From Candidatus Melainabacteria bacterium 17Bon1m (GTDB lineage Bacteria; Cyanobacteriota; Vampirovibrionia; Obscuribacterales; Obscuribacteraceae), in contig JAVLKG010000002.1 of NCBI GenBank assembly GCA_032128875.1, positions 736,001 to 800,000 of the forward strand: DNA of 64,000 nucleotides. The letters are read 5' to 3'. Shown piece after piece: positions 39,261 through 49,202 of the stretch. A model generated the notes under the pieces. That model saw nothing but the letters and a program-made list of their open reading frames with translations, searched no databases and was not told the origin of the DNA. Positions within the stretch are counted from its first letter, which is position 1, and each line of letters begins with the position of its first letter. Made by a program: the position numbers and the translations under genes.

Positions 39261-40394
39261 TTGCATAGAACAAAACAGATCACCATCACTTCTTTTCTCT
39301 TCGCGATTATTTTTCTAATCGCGCGCCCAGTAACTGCCCAGGGCTGAGCGAGATCAATGCTGGTGCCGGGGGCAGCAGGGACATCAGGGGAAATCAAACC
39401 AGGTCATGGGACTTTGTCCCTTGGCTATAGAAACGTGTATGCAAATCAATATTTTCTCAACGCTCACATCGATTCGAATGAGACAAGAGCAGAGCGGCCC
39501 ACGCGCCTTTGGAATACGTTAGATTTGACGGGCACGTATCAACTTACCCGTCGTGTCAATTTGCAGGCTACGCTGCCCCTTCAATGGAATCAAGCATCAT
39601 TGCTGATTCCGCTTAACGAAGGTCCGTTGGCACAGAGTTTTCGTCAGCGTCTAAGTACAGCTGGAGTCGGCGATATCTTGCTGATGGAGCGAACTTGGCT
39701 GTTTGACCCGGAAAATGTGAAGAGAGGGAATGTTTCTTTTGGACTTGGCTTAAAACTTCCAACAGGAAATTACCGTGGCAACAACAATTGGCCTGGTCTT
39801 GGCCCCGGCGTCTGGAACAACAAACCTGCGCCTCTCACAATATTGGTTGGCGATGGTGGCGTTGATGTCCTGGCAGAGATACTTGCATATCGCATTGTGA
39901 AATTCCCCGTGCGAAAGACGAATCTATTTGCTGTCGGAAGTTATTTGATTACACCACGTGGAACAACTGGTGTGCCTTCTCAAAATTTCTTGTTCGGACC
40001 TCCAATTTCGACAAGCCCTCTGACGCAGAACTCTTTAGTAAATACGGTGCCTGATTCTTATTCTCTTCGAGCAGGCATGATTGTCCCTTCGCCATGGAAA
40101 GACAATAAGTATTTGAAACCATTTTCTGGATTAATCGCATATCGATGGGATGGCAGTCCCCAACGAGATTTCATTGGCAACAGTAAAGGATTTCGCCAAC
40201 CGGGATTTTTTATGGCTGTGGAATTAGGTTTGTTCTACCAAAAGGGTCGTCATCTTGTGCAGGCGACCACTCCAATTTCTTTTCTTAGATACGGTTCCTT
40301 TAACAGCGGTGGCGAATTGCAAAACAGTCCTGCGCCACGAACCACTGCATTCTCTCCGGCATCACTGGCGGTGCGCTATACGTATTTTTATTAA
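39261..40394 (+). CDS. Putative outer-membrane beta-barrel transporter-like protein with in-frame TGA (candidate selenoprotein or pseudogene)
   Basis: TTG 39261 gives signal peptide-QG, then TGA (39345), then ARS in frame with ORF 39357-40394; GVGDI, GLKLPTG and aromatic C-terminus YTYFY. Confidence 0.7.
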
Positions 40395-40435
40395 TTACGT
40401 TCTTATTGCGTTGAACTTGACTGTTGATGTTTTCT

Positions 40436-41776
40436 CTAAAAGTATTTGATAATTCTGAAAACACGATCAACGTGATCTTTTACTTCTGTTTTTGAAGCTG
40501 TGCGTCCAAGCTGTTCTCCAGAGCTTGCACGAATGGCAGCGGCTATTTCGGATGCTTTGGTAAATGCGGCATTATTTGCGGCAGAATCTCCAGTTGCTGT
40601 TCCAATATTGGCGGCGCCAATGGTGCCGTCCGGATTTGCTGGTGTAGCCAAACGTTTGTCCAAGAGAAACGCCTGATCAGCTGTGCCGGTAGTGGATGAA
40701 ATTCGCAAGTCTCTCGAGACATTGTTGAGCGCTTGACTCAGAATCGGTGCGACAGACGAAGGTTCTACACCAGTCTTGCGAATACTGTCCATTCCTTCGT
40801 TGAACAATTTATTCATATCGTCAGGTTTCGCGAAAGCGATTTTGTTGGCGGCATCGACTGCTGCATTCACTACTGGATCTCTACCGTTTGGACCTAGCTG
40901 ACCCTTAAGTTTTGCCGCTTGCTCTTGTTCGCTCGGCAAGTTTGCCGGACGTTCTCTGGCGCCAACATCTTTGGTTGGTGCAAAGAGTCCTGCACTCTCT
41001 TGCGTCGCCAGAATGTTTCCAATATCATTGCCAACTTTTTCTTGTTGGTCCTTAGGCACATCTGAAAGAACCTTGTCTATTGCGCCTTTGACTGCCGGCG
41101 CTGCATTGAACGCTCTATTGTCCGCTGTGAAATTCTCCGGCATTTCTACAATGCTGGCCCTGCCTACGATCTTTTCATTATTCGGATCGCTTTTATCAAA
41201 TAGCAGACCCATTGGTGGCTGGTTGGCTGTTCGCAGGTTTGACCCCTGATCACTAAGCGCGACACCGATGGCTTTGTTGAACGTTTCGCGTTGTTCGGGC
41301 GCAACACCTCTCATCGCCTCATCATATTTCTTCTGGCGATCGTCTGGGCTGGCGGAGGTCAAATTTCTTGCGGTATCAATCGCGTTGCCGTAAAACTTGT
41401 CTTGTTGCGCAGGGTCCATTGCGCTGATGTTGCTATCTCCAACACGCGACTTAACGGAATCGATTTCCTTGCGGCGCTCCGCACTTATGGGAGCTTCTTT
41501 GTTGGCGTCTTGGGCAGCGAACCGTCCTTCCACCTTTTGTGGAGTGCCGTCTCCTTCAACCGCAGAGTCAAAGAACTGCACATCATTGAGGATGTTTTGA
41601 TTGACAAGTGTTTGACTTTCGGTCGCAAGATCCGGTCGTTGAGGGTTGTCGACGCCAATGCCCGGTACGGCTTCGGACGTGACATTTTCGCTTACAGGAA
41701 CGACATCTAAAGCACGGTCGGTGCTGTTGTCCGTAACTGCGGGCGCAGGAGTAGAAGGTGCGTCAGTGGGAGGCAC
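40436..41776 (-). CDS. Hypothetical protein with two-fold internal repeat
   Basis: 446-aa ORF; two similar units (..PDD.....LLFDK/FLLDK....N.AF..A..I..AI). Confidence 0.7.
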   Translation of the reverse strand: MPPTDAPSTPAPAVTDNSTDRALDVVPVSENVTSEAVPGIGVDNPQRPDLATESQTLVNQNILNDVQFFDSAVEGDGTPQKVEGRFAAQDANKEAPISAERRKEIDSVKSRVGDSNISAMDPAQQDKFYGNAIDTARNLTSASPDDRQKKYDEAMRGVAPEQRETFNKAIGVALSDQGSNLRTANQPPMGLLFDKSDPNNEKIVGRASIVEMPENFTADNRAFNAAPAVKGAIDKVLSDVPKDQQEKVGNDIGNILATQESAGLFAPTKDVGARERPANLPSEQEQAAKLKGQLGPNGRDPVVNAAVDAANKIAFAKPDDMNKLFNEGMDSIRKTGVEPSSVAPILSQALNNVSRDLRISSTTGTADQAFLLDKRLATPANPDGTIGAANIGTATGDSAANNAAFTKASEIAAAIRASSGEQLGRTASKTEVKDHVDRVFRIIKYF

Positions 41777-41972
41777 TTAGAATCTTTTGAGAGAGGGGTC
41801 TGGTAATGGCATTTCGCCACCGTAAACATACCTGAGCACGCGTGATTAGATTGTGAAGTCTCAAGACCCTCACCAGGGCGTCTTCTCCAGTCGTGGACAG
41901 CCTGAAATTCATCCCTTGGACGAGGCGAATACCAGCGTTATTCATGATTTGAATTGCCGCAAAATTGAGTCT

Positions 41973-42725
41973 TTAGCGCACTGACACGCAGAGCCAATCT
42001 TCAAATTTTGTAGGGGTGCGACGAGCATTGTCTTCAGGAACAAGCGAACGTTCGTCCAGTTGCATTCCATAATAGTTTGCATCAGGTCGCGCCACGATTT
42101 CGCGTTTGTCGTGTTTTGCTTCCATGTATTTCTTGACGAAGTCAGACAGGGGCGCGCGATCCGGACCACCAATTTCAATGGTGGCGTTGGCTGGTTTTGC
42201 TATTGCAACTTCTGCCATGACTGCCGAAACGTCTGCGGCAGCAATTGGCTGCAACCCTCCAGTGGAGAGATGCACTTTGCCATCGCCACCGACGCCAAAG
42301 TCTGCGATGCCACCGAGAAACTCAAAAAACTGTGTTGCTTGCACAATTGTGTAAGGCACTTTGCCCTCTTTGATCAAATCTTCTTGGGCCTGTTTTGCTC
42401 GGAAATAACCGCTTTGTTGTAATCGTGCTGTACCAACTACTGATAGAGCAATGTGATGTTTTACACCTGCATTGATTTCTGCTGCCAGAATATTTGCAGT
42501 GGATTTCTTGAAAAACTCCATGACGTCGTCATCAGCCCAGGATGGCGAATTCATAACGTCTACTACAGCATCTGCACCTTTGAAGGCTTCGGCTAACCCT
42601 TGTCCGGTGACTGCATTAATGCCTGTCTTGGTCGATGCCACTACGACCTCGTGTCCCTGATTCTTCAGAATCTCGACTGTTTTGGTCCCAATCAGACCGT
42701 TGCCACCGAGTACGACAATTTTCAT
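41973..42725 (-). CDS. Atypical SDR / NmrA-like NAD(P)-binding protein
   Basis: IVVLGGNGLIG Rossmann motif, GYFRAK and ATQFFEF. Confidence 0.88.
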   Translation of the reverse strand: MKIVVLGGNGLIGTKTVEILKNQGHEVVVASTKTGINAVTGQGLAEAFKGADAVVDVMNSPSWADDDVMEFFKKSTANILAAEINAGVKHHIALSVVGTARLQQSGYFRAKQAQEDLIKEGKVPYTIVQATQFFEFLGGIADFGVGGDGKVHLSTGGLQPIAAADVSAVMAEVAIAKPANATIEIGGPDRAPLSDFVKKYMEAKHDKREIVARPDANYYGMQLDERSLVPEDNARRTPTKFEDWLCVSVR

Positions 42726-43135
42726 GGCTAAAACTCCCTTAGTGCGTCTCCCTTTATGTCCCCATAATTGGGAGATCCATCTTCGTCAGAATTCCATTCC
42801 AAGTTGGAATGACCAAGCTTCATGATGTACCACGGGATAACGCAACTAAGGGGTGCAAAATGCTCATTATACGCGCCATCTTGTTTGTTCGTGTCCAAAC
42901 AAGACGAAGTTTTAATTCGCTGAATTAGCAGCCTGTCGACTTCTAATCATTCACAACAAAAAATCGTTCTCAAGTGTGGGAACTAAAGGTATTTTGCCTG
43001 GTCTGCGCGGACAGTTGCGGAATTTGACGACGGTCTGCGAAAGCAAACGACTAGGTTCGTAAGCAATCATGGTTCGCGTTGTTCGTGTTGCCGCTCAACT
43101 TTTAAAAGTTGTTGATTAGCAAATTAGGAGGAAGT

Positions 43136-43510
43136 ATGCGAAATATCGCAGTTTTAGGGTGTCTACTTGTCGCTCTAAACGGCATGGCAGTAGATGCAAA
43201 AGAAGCACCGAAAGCCGATAACAGTGCACAAAATGTCGGTGCAGAGCGTAAAGATGCAGTAACTGCTGAAAAGCAAGACAACAAGAAGAATGATGTCGAA
43301 GTCTTGGCTCAAATTCGCAAAGCAGTCGTTGACGACAACAGTCTCTCAATGAATGCAAAAAACGCCAAAATTCTCTTCAAAAATGGTCTCGTTACTTTGA
43401 AGGGACCTGTGGACAGCGATGCTGAGAAAGCACGCGTAGAAGAGCTGGCTAAGAGCTGCTCCAGCGTTTCTTCTGTAAAGAACATGCTGACCGTAGCTCC
43501 AAAAAAATAG
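43136..43510 (+). CDS. BON (OsmY-like) domain protein
   Basis: Signal peptide; GLVTLKGPV and VKNMLTV; AGGAGG SD. Confidence 0.88.
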   Translation: MRNIAVLGCLLVALNGMAVDAKEAPKADNSAQNVGAERKDAVTAEKQDNKKNDVEVLAQIRKAVVDDNSLSMNAKNAKILFKNGLVTLKGPVDSDAEKARVEELAKSCSSVSSVKNMLTVAPKK

Positions 43511-43577
43511 CCAACAGAAGTAGGCAACATTTGAATTGAACCGTAGATAGATCGCACATAAAACATTGGAGAATGAA

Positions 43578-44105
43578 ATGAAACAATCAGTTTGTGGAAT
43601 CGTAAAGACCAATTTGGAAGCAGAAAACCTCGTAAACGCTCTTCGCGCTAATGGTTTTGTCGATAATGAAATTTCGGCACTCTTCCCAGATCAAGAAGGT
43701 TCTAAGGATTTTGCTCACAAGAACGAAACCAAAGCTCCTGAAGGCACCGTTGCTGGTGCTGGCACCGGTGGTCTCGTTGGTGGTGTATTTGGTCTTTTGG
43801 CTGGTATTGGCGCAATCGCTATTCCCGGCGTAGGACCGCTCATCGCTGCAGGTCCAATCATGGCTACCTTGAGTGGTGCAGCCGTAGGTGCTACCGTTGG
43901 CGGTATCGCCGGCGCACTAGTCGGAATGGGAATTCCTGAGTACGAAGCAAAAATGTACGAAGGCAAAATCCGTGAAGGTAACATCCTTCTCGCTGTTCAC
44001 TGCAACAATAACGATGAGTTGAAGAGAGCAGAAGAAGTATTCAAACAATACAAAGTCTGCGATATCCACCGCGTAGGCGAAGCCTCTGTTAAGAAATCTG
44101 CTTAA
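43578..44105 (+). CDS. General stress membrane protein (Gly/Ala-zipper, DUF3341-like)
   Basis: GF....IS, GA.AIPGVGPLIAAGP and GMGIPEYEAK.YE. Confidence 0.8.
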   Translation: MKQSVCGIVKTNLEAENLVNALRANGFVDNEISALFPDQEGSKDFAHKNETKAPEGTVAGAGTGGLVGGVFGLLAGIGAIAIPGVGPLIAAGPIMATLSGAAVGATVGGIAGALVGMGIPEYEAKMYEGKIREGNILLAVHCNNNDELKRAEEVFKQYKVCDIHRVGEASVKKSA

Positions 44106-44121
44106 TTGAGAGACAACCAAA

Positions 44122-44153
44122 TGAAAGGGCTCGGAGCAATCCGGGCTCTTTCA
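44122..44153 (+). terminator. Hairpin terminator after the BON/stress operon
   Basis: TGAAAGGGCTCGGA-GCAA-TCCGGGCTCTTTCA. Confidence 0.7.
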
Positions 44154-44226
44154 GCTATGACACTCTAATGAGTGAGACTTTTGTTTTGTACACTCGGCGA
44201 TTTGGCGTTTAGGAGGAGGGAATTAG

Positions 44227-44427
44227 ATGAACAGCAAAAATCAAGAAGCTGGTAAAAAAACAGGTAAGAAAATGAGCGACGAGGAAAAGAAAGAAGTTCT
44301 TCAAGACCTTGACTCTGACGGAACAGCTGTTGAAGTTGCTGAGGCTATGATTGCAATCGACCCATCGAAGGCAACAAAAGAAGCTGCCGACAAATTGTTG
44401 AAAGAAGCTGACGAGAGTTCTAGCTAA
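44227..44427 (+). CDS. Small charged hypothetical protein
   Basis: Strong AGGAGG SD; 66 aa. Confidence 0.65.
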   Translation: MNSKNQEAGKKTGKKMSDEEKKEVLQDLDSDGTAVEVAEAMIAIDPSKATKEAADKLLKEADESSS

Positions 44428-44476
44428 ATATTAAGTGCAATGTTATTGATCGATGAGTCATTCAACATGAATAATT

Positions 44477-44905
44477 CTAGATGCTGTCCAATACTTGTTC
44501 TTCAAGTTGCCCAAGATTGGCACCCAACGCTTCCAAAATCTTCATAGCATCACAGTCTTTCTTTCGAAGTACCGCAAGAAGCAAATGCTCCGCACCGATA
44601 TAATTATGACCATGGCTTTGCGCCGCGTCCCAAGAAGCTTCCAAAGTACGCTTTGCTTCATCCGTAAACGGAATTTCGACTTTCAGCGGACTCTTACCGC
44701 GCCCCCTGGCTTTCTCCAGCTCTATTCGGGCTTCTTTCAATTTTAAACCAGAGGTGTTAAGTGCCTTTACCGCTGGTTCTGAATCTAGTCTAAGCAGTCC
44801 TAGGAGTAAATGTTCGGAGGAAACGCAATTATGACCCAGCCTCCGGCACTCTTCTTGCGCCAGCATGATTGTTTTTATCGCTGCTTGAGTGAATCTTTCG
44901 AACAT
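44477..44905 (-). CDS. Stand-alone Clp protease N-terminal (repeat) domain protein
   Basis: MFERFT..A...LAQEE, EHLLLGLL and HNYIGAEHLLLA; no AAA+ module. Confidence 0.88.
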   Translation of the reverse strand: MFERFTQAAIKTIMLAQEECRRLGHNCVSSEHLLLGLLRLDSEPAVKALNTSGLKLKEARIELEKARGRGKSPLKVEIPFTDEAKRTLEASWDAAQSHGHNYIGAEHLLLAVLRKKDCDAMKILEALGANLGQLEEQVLDSI

Positions 44906-45051
44906 CTGAGTGCCTCGCCGAGGTGCTATGTATAGCTAATGCCTTGAAAGCCTGCCAAGTTAGAGAATCTATCATATCCAATCGGTTACCTTGGTAAAAT
45001 GTATGGTTAACGGGCTTCCCGTTCCGGTTGTCGTTTGGATGATAACTTTGG

Positions 45052-46428
45052 GTGTCTGAGTCTTACGTTGACTATCTCTATCGCTATCCATTTGCCTCTT
45101 CCCTGGCGGCGGCAACGACTGGCAATGAGCTGAAGCTGGCAGCTTCAGAGCAGCAGAAAGCATTTCCGCATTTTTTTGAAGGTTCTTTACTTCAGCCCAG
45201 GGCGACAGCGCTTATGCTGTTCATTCTCTCTAGAATCGTCAGTACGAGATTTTATATTCCTCCAAATTTGCTTAAGCGTATGTTGTTGGAGCGAGATCCT
45301 GTAATAACCTGCGGAGCCGAAATGCTCCGTTTTGAAGGATTTAGCGCATGTTGTAGTGCATACGCTAGGGTCGATATTTCCCCTGATGCATATAGGGGAC
45401 GGATCGTTAGCCATGGCACTACGAACGTCGACTTTAATACAGTGATGCGTTCTGCACTAGCAGTGGTGCGTGACGATGACAGAGTTTCAATGTCCATAGG
45501 GGCTGATGGCTTGGAACTCAAGCACGGTTTCAATAAAATTGAAGAGAAGAAGGTACAACTTCCAACGCGTTGGATAAAAGGTTTCGTTGAAGTCCAAGCG
45601 TATCAGTCAAGAATGGAGAAGCGATTTTCTGTCGGCAGGGTTGAATCCATTCGTTTTCTTCGTTCTCTACCGTCAAGTACCAATGTGAAATCCAGTTTCT
45701 ATGTAATTCCTTCAGGGAAAGGACTCCGCATAAGCCAGCGAAATGATGGTTCTGGTGTTCGAGTCGGTGGTACTGAGCGACTCCTGCTGCTCAAAGATTT
45801 AGTACCTCTCTCAGACGGATTGACAGTTTTTGCAAGACCTGACGGAGAAGCTTCAGAGTGGAGGCTTGATTGTGCTGGTGTAACCTTTTGCTTGACCATT
45901 TCTTCTGAACCGTCTCGCGGATTTTCCGGAGAAGGGCAGGTCCTCAACGAACTAACATTTACTGACACGGAAAAACTTAGCTCTGTTCGCTCAACATTGA
46001 AATGGCAATCTTGTGTTGATATTGGCGAAATTGCAAGACTCAATGGATTGAATGAAGATGCTGTTAGACAGACTTTGAGCGCGCTGGGCTCACGCGGATT
46101 GGTCGGTTTTGATCTTGGAAGAGGTGCGTATTTCCATAGAGAGTTGCCTTTCGATATGGAACTTATCGACGACATGCACCCTCGTCTCAAGAATGCTCGG
46201 AAGTTAGTTGACAAGGATGACGTGAAATTGAAATCTAGCGATCTAGAGTCGTTACAGTTTGAAGTACGGGGGACTGATGTGCAGCACACTGTAAAAATCT
46301 TCTCTACACATTCGCAGTGCACCTGTCCTTGGTATTCTAAGTATCAAGGCTTGCGAGGTCCGTGCAAGCATATTCTTGCTGCGCAAATTGTGGTGGATGG
46401 ATTGCCTGAATCAGAGGCAAACAGATAG
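45052..46428 (+). CDS. SWIM zinc-finger domain protein
   Basis: C-terminal CTCPW...GPCKH; RFEGFSACC, TTNVDFN, RWIKGF and RGFSGEG. Confidence 0.85.
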   Translation: MSESYVDYLYRYPFASSLAAATTGNELKLAASEQQKAFPHFFEGSLLQPRATALMLFILSRIVSTRFYIPPNLLKRMLLERDPVITCGAEMLRFEGFSACCSAYARVDISPDAYRGRIVSHGTTNVDFNTVMRSALAVVRDDDRVSMSIGADGLELKHGFNKIEEKKVQLPTRWIKGFVEVQAYQSRMEKRFSVGRVESIRFLRSLPSSTNVKSSFYVIPSGKGLRISQRNDGSGVRVGGTERLLLLKDLVPLSDGLTVFARPDGEASEWRLDCAGVTFCLTISSEPSRGFSGEGQVLNELTFTDTEKLSSVRSTLKWQSCVDIGEIARLNGLNEDAVRQTLSALGSRGLVGFDLGRGAYFHRELPFDMELIDDMHPRLKNARKLVDKDDVKLKSSDLESLQFEVRGTDVQHTVKIFSTHSQCTCPWYSKYQGLRGPCKHILAAQIVVDGLPESEANR

Positions 46429-46452
46429 GTTGCTGCTCTGAGAGATTCAATA

Positions 46453-49032
46453 GTGCCGACTCAACTACAAATATTTGATGAGATCATTTCTGCCGGCAAT
46501 CATGATGGACTGCGCGCGTTCTTTTCGGGCTTAGATCAACAGGAGCGAAGTGCATTTGCTGCCAAAGCTATCGCGTGGTACAGGAAGGCTCGAAATGGAA
46601 AAGTGGTTCAGAGGGAGCCAAATGTCTGGGGGTGGGAGCGAGACTATCCAAATGATGTTGAAGTTGCTAGCGCTACCGCTGTTCTGGTAACTGCAGCACC
46701 TGAACAACTTTCAAAAATTGATTGGAGTTTAAGCTCAGAGTCATTTGATTTTGACTTTGTCCTTAAAATGCGTCCTCCCGCACTTCAACACTTCGGTGAG
46801 GTCTTGGTGAAGGATGGACAGCATTTTGAATTGGTTAGAAAAATGATGGAGTGTGGCCTCTGTTGTAAGCCAGAAAGTGAAAACTACATAATTGGATTGA
46901 TGGCAGAAGGTAGGGGTTTGCACAAGACGCACGAAAAAGATTCGTCGCTCAAATTATGGCTGCTCGACAATCCTGATTTGCTTGAGGTAGATATTTGGCG
47001 ATTATTTGAAGTGGAAGGCGACAAAGAAACCAGCTTGAGGCAAGTGGATGCTTATACATCTCAGCAAAATTCATGGGCAGAAACACTAAGTCAACTTTCG
47101 CAAGAAAATTTCCTTTCGCGAGAGCGTCTGTTAAAAGCGAGTCTTGAGGCACTAGGACGTGGCTTCAATCAATACAAGTCGTTATGGTATTCGCAGTTTC
47201 ATGAATACATGCAACCGACAGTTGAAGAAAGAGTACGTCTCGAAGGTGACTATGCATTGCTCTTGGGTAGCACATCACCGAGTACAGTGACATTTGCTCT
47301 GAAGGCGTTGAAAGTAATCGAAACTAATAACGGACTTAGTAGAAATATACTTAGTAAGGCTCTACCGCAAGTAATGAATGTAAAGGCTAAAAGCACAATT
47401 ACTGCTGCCATTTCTTTCCTTGAGAACGCAGTGAAACGTGATTCTACTTTTTCAGAGGCGGCGGCCCTAATCTGTATGGACGCGCTTCAGCATGAGTCAC
47501 CTGAACTTCAGAAACAGGTGCTCAAATTTCTTGAGCGCCACGGAAATCGAGATTGTCCAAAATTTCGAAACAAGATTGCACTATATGCGCACGGGATGTC
47601 GCCACTTGTAGTGGCACAATTTGAAACTCTTACTCAGAGCAAAATTGACACATGGGCTCAAGCTAGTACGCAAGGTTCTGAGCGTTATTCATTTCAGCCA
47701 AATTCGTCCGAAAGTTGGCCGCTAGGTTACGTTGACCCGGTTGTGCCGATTCTTAAGGCTGACGAGTTTATTGAAACCGCCTTATATTGTCTTGAACATC
47801 CCTACGACGCTTTTCAGCTAGAGCGAATTTTTCAAGCCGTATCGACATTGCGCTTGCGTGAGGACTCTGAATTTGAGAAGCAATTCGCTCCAGTTATGAT
47901 TAGGGCTAAGAAGCTTCGGCAGAACACTGAGTGGCATAAACAGCCCGGTGCGCTTATCGCGGATTTCTTGTATCAATGGTTGACGCTGAGCATTTTGGAT
48001 AATGTTGAACTAGTGGTTCCAGATGCGCATGCTGTTCTTCTCCTGATGCGGAGGAGGTTGACAAAAATTCTAGAGCGAGCTAAGCAAAGTAGATATTTAC
48101 CTTTGCTGAGCAGTCCTTGTTTTGTCGGCGGATGGATTGACTCGCGGACGTTTGAATCGAGATTGGCTGCTTGGAATGCGGCTGGTGAAACCCCAGACGT
48201 ATACGATCAGATGTTGGCTTTGTTTAGAATGCCTGCTTCTGAGCGGCGACCTAACTATGAATTTGGATCAATTGGCAACAAGCTAAAAGCTGGGTTGGAG
48301 AAATGGGAAGACATACGACGAGGACCGGATCTCTATGATAGGAGACAACCCCTGACTGTTAGCTATTACCGTGATCTTCATGAGCTAGAAACCGCAGTCA
48401 ATATCGGTGATGGCTGTATCTTTAGTCACATGTCTAGCTTTACTGCGGCTCGGTGGGCAACAAATCTTTTTCCATCTATGAGAGAGTCGATTTTGAGTTT
48501 GGGCGTAAACTGGGGCGTTCTTCTGTTAGATGAAGTAGGTTCAAGTGATCGTGGAATAAGAGCTTTCTTTGAAATGCTTGGAGAACCTGGCGCTCCTCTG
48601 GAAAGGCAAGCATATGTGATGATGCTTGTAGGTTTGTTAATGAAAGATCCAGAGTTTGCGGCATTTAGCCGAGATGCAGTGATCCAAGCAATAGATGAAA
48701 AAAGGCTTGATCCTGAACAGATGGGAAAACGCGTTGCGCAATTTCTGCATTCCGATCGTGCAAAACCAAAAAGGTTGGCGTCGTCAATGCGCGAAATTGC
48801 ACGAGTAAGTTCCGTTCATTCTGATGCTATGCTTCGCTTGATTTGTTGTTCCTTTCATGGTGATTCGAAGAATCTTCATAAGGACGCTTCGGCAATTCTG
48901 GAGTTGCTGTTGGAGCTATTAACCGCGTCAGGTAGTCGTATTGAGAATGAAGATATGCTGAATTATTTGAGTTCTCTTAAAGCTGGTGGCAAAACTGCAA
49001 GACTGGTCAAATCTCTGCTCACATATTTCTAA
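46453..49032 (+). CDS. Large alpha-helical repeat protein (DUF6493-like)
   Basis: DIWRLFEVEG, SRERLL..SL and WYSQFHE; HEAT-like helices; downstream of the SWIM gene. Confidence 0.65.
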   Translation: MPTQLQIFDEIISAGNHDGLRAFFSGLDQQERSAFAAKAIAWYRKARNGKVVQREPNVWGWERDYPNDVEVASATAVLVTAAPEQLSKIDWSLSSESFDFDFVLKMRPPALQHFGEVLVKDGQHFELVRKMMECGLCCKPESENYIIGLMAEGRGLHKTHEKDSSLKLWLLDNPDLLEVDIWRLFEVEGDKETSLRQVDAYTSQQNSWAETLSQLSQENFLSRERLLKASLEALGRGFNQYKSLWYSQFHEYMQPTVEERVRLEGDYALLLGSTSPSTVTFALKALKVIETNNGLSRNILSKALPQVMNVKAKSTITAAISFLENAVKRDSTFSEAAALICMDALQHESPELQKQVLKFLERHGNRDCPKFRNKIALYAHGMSPLVVAQFETLTQSKIDTWAQASTQGSERYSFQPNSSESWPLGYVDPVVPILKADEFIETALYCLEHPYDAFQLERIFQAVSTLRLREDSEFEKQFAPVMIRAKKLRQNTEWHKQPGALIADFLYQWLTLSILDNVELVVPDAHAVLLLMRRRLTKILERAKQSRYLPLLSSPCFVGGWIDSRTFESRLAAWNAAGETPDVYDQMLALFRMPASERRPNYEFGSIGNKLKAGLEKWEDIRRGPDLYDRRQPLTVSYYRDLHELETAVNIGDGCIFSHMSSFTAARWATNLFPSMRESILSLGVNWGVLLLDEVGSSDRGIRAFFEMLGEPGAPLERQAYVMMLVGLLMKDPEFAAFSRDAVIQAIDEKRLDPEQMGKRVAQFLHSDRAKPKRLASSMREIARVSSVHSDAMLRLICCSFHGDSKNLHKDASAILELLLELLTASGSRIENEDMLNYLSSLKAGGKTARLVKSLLTYF

Positions 49033-49202
49033 CCTCATATACCGGGTATGTCCTTCGAAGCCTAATGTCAAGAGGCTTGCTGTAAATTTCATTGTTGGAA
49101 ATGAAAAGTGCTCTTCGTTTGTAATCTGCGAAAAGGGCTGCCTGTGCATTATTCGCGACGAAGTCTTTCAGCCGAAACCACATTTATTCTCATAATGGGA
49201 AC

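Noticed and set aside
39122-39397. 91-aa minus-strand ORF
   Set aside because: It overlaps the signal-peptide region of the + strand gene and has no recognisable features.
44477-44905. Truncated clpC pseudogene
   Set aside because: The ORF ends cleanly after the two Clp repeats and no AAA+ remnant follows; treated as a stand-alone domain gene.
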